Below the pieces are notes generated by a model, which was not told where the DNA came from, made no database searches, and saw only the letters and a list, made by a program, of their open reading frames with translations. The position numbers were made by a program, and so were the translations under genes. From the IMG/VR virus record IMGVR_UViG_3300042090_002370, positions 32,001 through 96,000 of that record: 64,000 nt of DNA; one strand, 5' to 3'. This DNA is from a virus. This document shows, one piece after another, positions 46,401 to 54,400 of this stretch (its first letter is position 1; every line of letters starts with the position of its first letter).

Positions 46401-46852
46401 AAATGCAGGGGCAGGGTGGAGGTCCAGGTGGCGCCGGCGGCGAAGGCGCGATGCGGACAATGCCTGTGGAGATGCAGGCCGCTGGGGCCGGCGCGAGCGG
46501 TATGGCTGCGCCACCCGCGCAGCCTACGGACCCGTCGCCGCAGGACTTTCTCTCGTCGGTCTCGAGCCAGCTTACGGGTGAGACGAGACTGAACCAGGAG
46601 CAGAGCCAGAAGGGTATTGACCTTCCCACTTATGCGATGGGCCAAGCAAAGCTACTCGTAACGATGGCTAAGCCTCAGCAGGAACAGGCCCTGAGAAACA
46701 TTCAGGCGATGAGCCCGGAGCTCGCCGACCTGGTGAAGCAGATGCTGGCTGAACTGCAGCCGCAGGAGCAGGCTGATAGCGGTAGTGCTGGCGTAGACAC
46801 GCGACCTCTACCGCAACAGCGTCCACCGCGACGAGCGGGCGGGATGGTGTGA
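43487..46852 (+). CDS. Portal protein containing an intein
   Basis: NPLINAVVFKLSEY, DYFAYGN, WNPEDI, FHMRR...RGWGTPLLLPVL, ILNGMGVP: portal-like. Intein at aa 319-751; Q/G/P-rich C-terminus. Confidence 0.7.
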   Translation: MSFVGPGGAVASGPASGLRFAQSRGRIQGSNVTGVNYPSPFFDVAHTYLPVTVKAMFKWCRYYFLTNPLINAVVFKLSEYPVTDIIIDHPSNEVKRRWTDYFQDHLRWQPFRVEAGLDYFAYGNGCISLGFPFKKYLYCKNCAFRDEAGKIRAQWIFTSFQFRLTCPKCGYVGDALAKDFYYKNASGIKTIRWNPEDIEITYNDISGEYTYFYTIPATVRNDIVIGRKDIVEGVPQVFIQAMREQKGVIFSKDNFFHMRRPTLATQDRGWGTPLLLPVLKDTFYLQVMKKAQEAILLEHIVPLRVLFPQAGSGSSDPYCVSPETLVETPSGLLPAAEVREGEFLRSHTGAWRRVEYQKRRQIKPAEKVFKFQIASLPAFPFAVSEDHPILAVPRVSRKKPRAGLVDPTFIEAKALKKGDYVAYPIKRQIRRGQMLDLADYVTERAATDSWVYRRLSQSAAEAYEWLEQNADPVHAWGERKKLLEEKGWSEADYATAAAARREPKVDRVSRFLPMCPALGSLIGYYLSEGSYGGSTVSFSLHLEEKDFAELIESAVKRLGFRGVSHYERPEQHGRTVVIEDVILSELLVSMCGSGFAEKRIPDVVSEASDVIVLDMLRALFNGDGCDFKTTTDRVGLKLANPSMIMEARRLLLSFGLIGGVVKEEPTATTKFRTTSYQLNYNGHAAYKLRHLFGRPGGFDWQELPQKSGLVRGDYVLLRIDAVHEVADVPEVIGFQMAEDKSFCVAGVATHNTTINLIDWRDQVAAEIARWRYDNNYIPIMPLPLGNQTIGGDGRALMLTQEITTWSDQILNGMGVPVEFIRGGLSYAGTNVSMRMMENMFLGYISRQKALAKFVMKQVSSFLGWPEANIRFKPFKMADDLQRKAYLFQLNQANKVSDTTLLADSDLDQDEENEIMIRETDKRIEATKKQQLAMARIQGEAQQIMMKFQTKAQQDAQQAMGAPAAPGEPGGIEMQGQGGGPGGAGGEGAMRTMPVEMQAAGAGASGMAAPPAQPTDPSPQDFLSSVSSQLTGETRLNQEQSQKGIDLPTYAMGQAKLLVTMAKPQQEQALRNIQAMSPELADLVKQMLAELQPQEQADSGSAGVDTRPLPQQRPPRRAGGMV
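44441..45739 (+). mobile_element. Intein with LAGLIDADG homing endonuclease (433 aa)
   Basis: Block A CVSPETLV, block B SEDHPIL, LAGLIDADG motifs LIGYYLSEGS and MLRALFNGDG, terminal ATHN followed by Thr. Confidence 0.93.
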
Positions 46853-46902
46853 CCGGCCGTCAGCCGCGAGCTGCTCGCCAGGCGGAGCGTAAGGCGAACA
46901 GG

Positions 46903-46934
46903 TAGCTAAAAAAAGGGGCGGCACTGCCGCCCCT
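46903..46934 (-). terminator. Terminator T5: hairpin + TTTTTTT + AGCTA
   Basis: AGGGGCGGCA/TGCCGCCCCT inverted repeat adjoining the stop of 46934..47155. Confidence 0.85.
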
Positions 46935-47155
46935 CATTTGCATGATTCCTCGACGATGGCTTCGGCGAGGTCGACGCGCCACTGTTCATCGAGGCGCTTT
47001 CGGTCCTCGTAGGTCTGGTAGGGAACTGAGAGGAGGAACCGGTAGCAGCGGCTGACGCTCTCCGGCGACCGGTCCTCCACTTGGTTAGGTCCTGACCATA
47101 TCCAGCGACCGCGATCGTTCCACCAGTACCCGGTATGCGGGAACCATGTGCGCAT
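46934..47155 (-). CDS. Hypothetical protein (Trp-rich, 73 aa)
   Basis: Coupled to the VWA gene stop; ends at T5. Confidence 0.6.
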   Translation of the reverse strand: MRTWFPHTGYWWNDRGRWIWSGPNQVEDRSPESVSRCYRFLLSVPYQTYEDRKRLDEQWRVDLAEAIVEESCK

Positions 47156-48669
47156 CAGATACTGATGTCGTCTTCGTCATCCTCATCGGGCTCGTCCGGT
47201 AGAATGACTGCGGCCTTGCGTTGCTTCGGGTCCTCGGTGACGAAGACCGTGTGCCCGTAGCGGGCTGGGGCCTTGTTCCTGGCGTATCCGCCGAGGATTA
47301 GGCACCACACGATGTCCATGTACATCGGCGGCTTCTTGGGGGCCGCGCCGTCGCCGTCGGTGCAGTAGATGAGGATGTCGGGACGGGGGAAGAGCTTGTC
47401 GGCCGCCTTGATGGCTGGGATGAAGCTCGTGCCGCCGCGGCCGTGGGCCTCATTCAGCGTGCGGAAAAACTGCGGACCTACGCGCTTCCACGGCATGGCG
47501 ACGTCCGCGTCAGCATCTGTAAACCAGGCCTCGTCGACGCCGAGCGCCAGGAGGATGTGGTAGGCCTCGCGGATGCAGGCGTTGAGCTGCTCGATGTTCA
47601 TCGAGCCGGAGGTGTCTCGGACGATGGCGACTTCGGGCTGGTGCTCGATCATGCCTGGGCGGACGATGCCCCTCATGATGGAGCGTTTGGATGGGCGGGA
47701 CATCGAGAAGTCCTCCCCACCAGCCTGTACGCGACCGGTGGAGTGACGGATAACGTGCGCGAGTTCTGTCTGCCAGCGCACGTGCGGTTCCTCGATGAGG
47801 GCTTTGGCGAGCTCAGCCAGGCCTGCAGGAACGCTTCCGCGCCCATTCGCTTCGATGTGCGCTGCGATGTCCGCAGCCGTCTTTTTGGTGATGGTTTCCA
47901 TTTCGACGGCGCTGCGGCCATGTTCGGCGTTCAGCTTGTCGACAAGACGAGGATCGTCTGTTCCACCGGCTATGCTGCCGCAGTGGCCGGAGCAGACGCC
48001 GTTACCAAGTCCAGGTTTGGGCTCTTGCTTACTTTGACCTCCATCTTGGTCAGGCTGGCCGGCCGGCTCTTGCGTTTGCTGTGAGGGCGTGGCGCCATGC
48101 CCGCTTTGGCTTTGATCCTGCTTCTGCTGAGGATTTTGTCCGCCTCCCTGTTTATTAGGCGCTCCTTTGCCGGAGTTTCCGATGCTGGGCGTCGGCATGG
48201 TGGCGCCATTATGCTTCATCTGTAAAAGCCGGTCGTAGTACTCTTCTGTGGAAAGGCCCTCCGGTAACCCGACGTGCGCAGGAAAGATGGCGGGTCGCGT
48301 TGATTTCTCACCGGCGAGCTCCCAGATGCCTGTGTTGCGCATGTCAGGATTGATGGTGAGGTCGCCGGCCAGATTGAAGAGGTTTTTGTCTTCTACAGTC
48401 GCTCCGCGCTCGAAGTGCCTGCGCATGAAGTGGTTGACTTCATGGACGATGTCTGCGGCTAGCTCCTTGATGCTTGCTTCGTTGATCCACTGCGGGTCGT
48501 AAGCCAGTACCATCTGCGCTGTTACGCCCATGGTGCCAAGGCCTTCGACAGGCACGTAGATGAAACCGTGTACTACGCTCGCGAAGTATGGTGCATCGAA
48601 GACGACTGCTGCTCTCGCATAGGAAAGCTTGTCCTCGATAGTGTCCACAGATGGTATGAGCGAGATCAT
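47155..48669 (-). CDS. Metallopeptidase-like + VWA domain protein (DUF2201-type)
   Basis: HEVNH, NLAGDLTIN, EEYY, MIDAS DTSGSM, GRGGTSF, TDG. Confidence 0.85.
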   Translation of the reverse strand: MISLIPSVDTIEDKLSYARAAVVFDAPYFASVVHGFIYVPVEGLGTMGVTAQMVLAYDPQWINEASIKELAADIVHEVNHFMRRHFERGATVEDKNLFNLAGDLTINPDMRNTGIWELAGEKSTRPAIFPAHVGLPEGLSTEEYYDRLLQMKHNGATMPTPSIGNSGKGAPNKQGGGQNPQQKQDQSQSGHGATPSQQTQEPAGQPDQDGGQSKQEPKPGLGNGVCSGHCGSIAGGTDDPRLVDKLNAEHGRSAVEMETITKKTAADIAAHIEANGRGSVPAGLAELAKALIEEPHVRWQTELAHVIRHSTGRVQAGGEDFSMSRPSKRSIMRGIVRPGMIEHQPEVAIVRDTSGSMNIEQLNACIREAYHILLALGVDEAWFTDADADVAMPWKRVGPQFFRTLNEAHGRGGTSFIPAIKAADKLFPRPDILIYCTDGDGAAPKKPPMYMDIVWCLILGGYARNKAPARYGHTVFVTEDPKQRKAAVILPDEPDEDDEDDISI

Positions 48670-49862
48670 GGGTTTCGCGTTGTGTGTACGAAGAGAGATA
48701 TCTTGTCCGCGAACTTCTTGATGATCTTACGGGACACTGCGTCCATCGCCGATGAGTGCTTCGTGGTGAAGCCTGCGCGCATTAGAGGTACTGCGGCAGC
48801 GCATGCGGCATCGAGCATACCGTGCTTCTCCCAGGCATCGGTGAGCAATACCCATGCTTTCAACGCCCACTTTGTGCGCTCATCCTTGTCTGGCTTCGCA
48901 AGTGTCCAGGCGATGGCTTGGCCGTAGGCGGCGAAGCAGATATCAAGGCGGCGCTTGTCGGGCTCCCATCCGTTTGTCAGCATGTCTTCTGGACTCGGCA
49001 TGTTGGCTTTGAGGGTCCATTCTCCCCATGCAGCTGCTGGCCCTTTTCCAACGCACGCGGTGATGAACTCGAGACGCCACTCCTTACGGCCGATGCATTC
49101 GCAGGTGGCAGCGACGTTGGTGGCGAGGTCCCAGGTTCTGGGTGACGGCCACGCGCGGCCGCGGTCGACGTGACCGTCGCGCGGTATTTTCAGGAGCGTA
49201 TCCGGACCTAGGCTTTTGATGAACCCAGCGAATAGCCCTTGGTAGTAGGGGAAGACGTCGGGCCACTTCTTGCGGACCATCTCCTCGCCCTCATCGGCGC
49301 CGATGACCTGAGCAGCGTGGTTGCCCATTCGCCATGAGGCCCACTTGTCCGGCGACGGCGTAGGCATGTCGAAATGCATAAGGCGATTGGCCATAGGTAA
49401 GGATAGTGGCCAACCGCCTGCAGCTTCCTCTGGCGGGTTGGCGGCGGCCATGATGCGGATGCCTCCTGGTAGACGCTTGTTAGCCAGGATGCGGTCGCGC
49501 ACGAGACTCAGGCCTGCGCCCTGTACTGCCGGGCGTGCGCAGGTGAGCTCGTCTACGAAAATGACACCGCGCTTGGCCCTGATGAGATCTTGGATGCCGG
49601 GGTGCGCGATGTGTGTTGTCACACCGCCCTTGCCATCAGACATCGGAATGCCGCCGAGTTCTTCTGGTTGTGCTGTCGACAAGAAGAGCTCGCTTACGCT
49701 AAGCCCCACTGCGTGACCGGCCTCGCGGACGCTGTCGGACTTGCCAATGCCCGGCGACCCCCAGAGGATAGCAGGCGCACCCCAACGGCAATCATCGTCG
49801 TATGGGTTGTCCATCGGTGTGAGAAGTGCAACGGAGATGAGGTGTTCGACGGGGATGTCCAT
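48666..49862 (-). CDS. MoxR-family AAA+ ATPase
   Basis: GSPGIGKS, FVDELT, AAANP, ANRLMH, PSPRTW. Confidence 0.88.
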   Translation of the reverse strand: MDIPVEHLISVALLTPMDNPYDDDCRWGAPAILWGSPGIGKSDSVREAGHAVGLSVSELFLSTAQPEELGGIPMSDGKGGVTTHIAHPGIQDLIRAKRGVIFVDELTCARPAVQGAGLSLVRDRILANKRLPGGIRIMAAANPPEEAAGGWPLSLPMANRLMHFDMPTPSPDKWASWRMGNHAAQVIGADEGEEMVRKKWPDVFPYYQGLFAGFIKSLGPDTLLKIPRDGHVDRGRAWPSPRTWDLATNVAATCECIGRKEWRLEFITACVGKGPAAAWGEWTLKANMPSPEDMLTNGWEPDKRRLDICFAAYGQAIAWTLAKPDKDERTKWALKAWVLLTDAWEKHGMLDAACAAAVPLMRAGFTTKHSSAMDAVSRKIIKKFADKISLFVHTTRNP

Positions 49863-49870
49863 GTTGGTCT

Positions 49871-50494
49871 CTATCGATATTCGATGGTGGTTGGTTCAGC
49901 GGGCTGTTCTTCATCTTCCTCTGGCGCTTCGAAGTGGCAGCGGCATTCGCATTCTGACGCTCTCCAGCAGCGAGCTTGGATGCAATCGACGCATTCGCCG
50001 TACTCTGTAAGGTCGGGCCACATATCGATGCACCCATCGTTCAGGAGCGACATGCAGTAGAGGCAGATCAGATCGGGGTTACTGATGCCTAAGAAAGAGG
50101 CATCGTGCATGCCGTTCGGTGCGCGTTCGGAGATGTGGAACTCGCCGAGCGTTGCGAGCCCAGCGAGTTCAAACTCTCGTATGCCACTGCCGCAGCAGAC
50201 GCACTCGAACTTGCTATCGTAGTCGTTGACCGGTAGTTCGTCCTCCATGTCGCTGTGTATTTCGCCGTAGTTCTTCTCCCAGCACTGGATGCAGAAATAG
50301 TAGGGCTCGAATCGGAAGCAGCCGTCCGGGTCGTGCTCGTCGATGACCTCGTAGTGCAGTACGCCTTCCTGACCGCGTTTCGAGCGAACAATCTGGAGAA
50401 GAAAAACCTCGTCCATGTAAACCACGGCTCCGCCACAATCGGCGCAGATGTGGTCCGTTTTGCGCAGCTCGATTGGGTCTAGCTCTTTTCCCAA
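49871..50494 (-). CDS. Cys-rich acidic multi-zinc-ribbon protein
   Basis: CADC, CIQC, CVCC, CLYC, CVDC, CECRCH. Confidence 0.65.
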   Translation of the reverse strand: MGKELDPIELRKTDHICADCGGAVVYMDEVFLLQIVRSKRGQEGVLHYEVIDEHDPDGCFRFEPYYFCIQCWEKNYGEIHSDMEDELPVNDYDSKFECVCCGSGIREFELAGLATLGEFHISERAPNGMHDASFLGISNPDLICLYCMSLLNDGCIDMWPDLTEYGECVDCIQARCWRASECECRCHFEAPEEDEEQPAEPTTIEYR

Positions 50495-51063
50495 CGTACT
50501 CTCTTCCTCTCTGCTCGCATCCAGCGGTGCTCAATGGTCTCGAAGCGCGTGTCGGGCGACTGCCCTGTTTCTGGTGCGTAGTCCCCGAGCATTACAAAGA
50601 GATCTTCTACGTCATAGTTCTTCCCTATGTGTACACGCCTGGCTATGTCGTACTCCGTGGTGAGGATGCTCATCGGCATCTGTGTTCGCAGCAGGCCTTC
50701 TCGTTCGAGTAGGTCGTCGCGTAGGTCTTCGTCGTCGCAGGCCAGACCGACCCAGCTCTCACTGGTGCAATCAACGTAGTACTCGTCCAGCCATGGGCAG
50801 AACTCGCCGGGTTGGGCGTAGCCCAGTATTACTTCCAGATCGCGTTGATTGCAGAAGGAGATGAATCCCTTCTGGTCGCGAATCTTTACGCGCAGGCCGC
50901 CTAGAACGCGGCCTGGGATGGGCATGTATGCGGTCTCGACTTGCCAGATACGTCGAGCATCGAGGGGGTCCGTAAACCGAACCCCCTCGATGCCTAGCTG
51001 TGTTTCTATGACGCGGGTTCCTGGGAATGTACTGGGTCTGTCACGGTACAGGTTGATGATCAA
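50479..51063 (-). CDS. Hypothetical protein
   Basis: GGAG RBS with TTG start; 194 aa. Confidence 0.65.
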   Translation of the reverse strand: MIINLYRDRPSTFPGTRVIETQLGIEGVRFTDPLDARRIWQVETAYMPIPGRVLGGLRVKIRDQKGFISFCNQRDLEVILGYAQPGEFCPWLDEYYVDCTSESWVGLACDDEDLRDDLLEREGLLRTQMPMSILTTEYDIARRVHIGKNYDVEDLFVMLGDYAPETGQSPDTRFETIEHRWMRAERKRVRWEKS

Positions 51064-51148
51064 GGTGCTCCGTCAGCTTGCGATGAATCCACAGCATGAT
51101 GCCGTTGAGAAAACCGGCGAGTATGAACCACAAGAGACTCTTTCTCAC
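51041..51148 (-). CDS. Small membrane peptide (35 aa)
   Basis: GTG start 6 nt after P5; MRKSLLWFILAGFLNGIMLWIHRKLTEHLDHQPVP. Confidence 0.45.
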   Translation of the reverse strand: MRKSLLWFILAGFLNGIMLWIHRKLTEHLDHQPVP

Positions 51149-51154
51149 GCTTCT

Positions 51155-51163
51155 CTTATTCCC
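51155..51163 (-). promoter_or_regulatory. Phage-specific promoter motif P5 (GGGAATAAG)
   Basis: SGGRATAAG copy heading the MoxR/VWA unit. Confidence 0.75.
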
Positions 51164-51186
51164 GTAGTGTTCAACCTATTTCCGCG

Positions 51187-51342
51187 TTACTCGCCCTCGT
51201 CTTCGCTTTCCTCGTCGTCTTCATCGAAGTCTTCATCGAAGTCTTCGGACCCGTCGTCTGTAGGTAGCAGCTCGCGTTCGATCTTTCGCTCCATGCCGCC
51301 ACCCACCGTCTCTTCTTTTACCTTCTTGTCCTTCGGTCCCAT
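51187..51342 (-). CDS. Small protein with a highly acidic C-terminal tail (51 aa)
   Basis: GAAAGG RBS; MGPKDKKVKEE...SEDFDEDFDEDDEESEDEGE. Confidence 0.6.
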   Translation of the reverse strand: MGPKDKKVKEETVGGGMERKIERELLPTDDGSEDFDEDFDEDDEESEDEGE

Positions 51343-51378
51343 ATTGATGCCTTTCGTGGCGTTGCATCTCCCATCTCT

Positions 51379-51387
51379 CTTATCCCG
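51379..51387 (-). promoter_or_regulatory. Phage-specific promoter motif P6 (CGGGATAAG)
   Basis: SGGRATAAG copy 36 nt upstream of ATG 51342; divergent from the RNAP gene. Confidence 0.75.
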
Positions 51388-51435
51388 CGGCGGTGCGTTT
51401 TTTGGTGTCGTTGGCCTTATGCCGGACGGCATGAG

Positions 51436-54400
51436 ATGATTGCAGCGGCCATGGCGTATTTGGACCCCAAGAAGGCGTTCGAACACCTGAAGGAACGCGT
51501 GCTCGAGGGCATACAGGACCAATTTGCCAAGAACCCCATTGTCGGGAAGAAGCAGTCGCTGCACCTTGAGGCGCTCGAAGTACGCGACAAGTTAGGTGAG
51601 GCAGACGACATCCGCGCACAGCACAAGGCAAAGGTGGAGAACGACACCTGGGCGGTGCCTATTTATGCCACACTGGCGCTCAAGGATAACGAGACCGGAA
51701 AGGCGTTAGACCGTCGAACTATCCGCATCGCGGAGATTCCGAAGACGACTAACAGGCACTCGTACATCATCGATGGGCAGGAGTATCAGGTCAACAACCA
51801 GTGGCAATTGCGGCACGGCATTTATGTAAAGCGCCGTGTGAACGGTGAGCTTGAGGCTGCGTGCAACGCGGGTCGCGGGTTCGATGTTGTGCTGGACCCG
51901 GCAACCAAAGTCTTTCGAATGGAGCACGGTAAGAGCCGCGGTAAGCTCCCCATCTACCCATTCCTCAAGACGCTTGGTGTGAGCGACGAAGATCTCATGA
52001 AGTCGTGGGGCAAGGAGATGTTCGAAGCGAATCAGAAGGCGCCGAAGTCGGACATTGCGCTCGAGAAATTCTACAAGGCGGATAAGCCGTGGGCAGGTAC
52101 TCCAACCAAGGAGGTCGCTGCCGAGCACTTCTACGACATGATGGAGAAGACGCATCTCCGTCCAGAGTCCACGCAACTCACGTTAGGGCGGCCCTTCACG
52201 CATGTATCCGGCGAGGCGCTGAAGCTCGCAACTGAGAAGATGCTCAAGGTACAGGCGGGGCACCCAGAGGATGACCGCGATTCACTGGTCTTCAAGGATC
52301 TACGTACCGCCGGTGACTTCGCCTATGACGCCATTCTACATCAGCGCAAGAATATTGAGACACGTGCCGGGCGACAGATCGACAAAGCAAAGGACGCCTA
52401 TGACGTCATGAAGTTCGACATGTTCAACAAGCCCATCAAGGGGGCGTTGTCCTCAGCGAACGCGGCGGCTATGCCGGCATCGCAGATCAATCCACTAGAG
52501 ATGGCGTCGTCTGCGATGCAGACTACTATCATGGGCGCAGGCGGTATTCGTACCGCGCAGCAGGTACAGCATGAAGCGAAGTTTGTGAATCCCAGCCATC
52601 TCGGTTTTCTTGATCCGCTCAACACACCGGAGGGTGAGAAAACAGGTGTCACATTGCGGCTGCCTATCGGTGTACGCAAGGTCGGGCACGAGGCGAAGAT
52701 TCCTCTCTACAACCTGCTCTCCAAAAAAACCGAGCTTGTCTCTCCAGGCGAGTTCATGGAGGCAAACATCGTCCTGCCAGATCAGGTGAAGTGGGAAGAT
52801 GGCGTACCGCATCCGCTGCACCATACAGTTCGCGCGAGCTCTAAGGGCAACGAGATTCGCGACGTGAAATTCGAGGATGCGCACTACGTTATGCGCAGCC
52901 CTTCTCAGCTTTTCAACATGACTTCGAACCTCATTCCATTCCTGGCGAACACGAGCGGTAACCGCGCGTCTATGGCGAGCAGGCATATGGAACAGGCGGT
53001 CTCGCTCTTGCATCGTGAGGCCCCACTTGTCCAGGTAGGTACAGGCTCCGACAAGGAAGGCATCGACACCTTCGAGAACATCATGGGCTACCAGGCGTCC
53101 CACGCTGCTTCGGAAGAAGGCAAAGTTGTAGCAGTGAACAGGGACGGCATTATCATTGAAGACCGCCTTGGTAAGAAGCACGAAGTTCAGCTCTACAACA
53201 ACTACCCGCTCAATGACGCCAAGAGTGTGATGCACTCTACACCCGTTGTCGCCGTCGGCGATCATGTGAAGAAGGGTCAGCTCATTGCAGACACGAACTT
53301 CTCCAAGAATGGGACGCTCGCTCTCGGCACGAACTTGCGCGTCGCGTACCTGCCCTTCAAAGGGTACAACTTCGAGGACGGTGTTGTCATTAGTGACAGC
53401 GCTGCCAAGAAGCTCTCGAGTGAGCATCTGCAGAAGCTGATGATGCCACTCGACCAGGAGACCATACTCGACAAGAAGCGCTTCCACATCTCCAACCCCG
53501 GGTTGATGACGAAGGAACAGTACGAGAAGATGGACTCGAACGGCATAGTGCGGGTGGGGCAGAAGGTCCAGCCAGGCGACCCGCTCGTTGCAGCGATGCG
53601 ACCGTACAAATTGAAGGACCGTACGGGTATGGCGGCTGTGCGCAAGGCCATGGGCGGTCGGCACGATGACCGCAGCATGCGGTGGGACAGCGACTTCGAG
53701 GGCGAGGTCGTAGGCGTACATCGCAGCGACAAAGGGCTGACCGTTCATGTTCGCACGGTCGAGCCTATGCAGGTCGGCGACAAGATCAGTAATCGTTATG
53801 GTGGGAAAGGTATCGTCACCAAGATTCTGCCCGACCCTGAGATGCCGCACACGAAGGACGGTAAGCATATAGAGGTAGCGCTAAACCCCAGCGGCATACC
53901 GGGGCGCATGAACGTGGGGCAGGTCTTCGAGACCTCCGTCGCCAAGATCGCCGAGAAGACCGGCAAGCCCTACATCGTGAAGAACTTCGACACGAACATG
54001 GACGTCATCGCCAAGGTCCAGGCTGACCTGAAGGCGCACGGGCTCTCGGACACCGAGGAGCTCAAGGATCCTGCGACTGGGCAGATCCTTGGGCAGGTGA
54101 CGGTGGGGCCGCAGCACATCTTCAAACTCGTTCACCAGATCGACAAGAAGCTTGCAGTGCGCAGCGGCAGTGGGACCCTGCCTGGGGCAGCGGCGGAGCA
54201 TTACGACTTGAATCTGCAGCCCATGGGTGGCAAGAGCACTGGCGGGCAGTCGATGGGCACGCTGGGGCTCTTCGCGCTCCTGGCGCACGGCGCCAAAGCA
54301 AACATCCGGGAGATGCAGACATACAAGTCGGAGGGCCCGGACCCGCAGACCGACCCGGCGAAGAGGTGGCCGAGCGACCACCACCGGATCTGGGCAGCCA

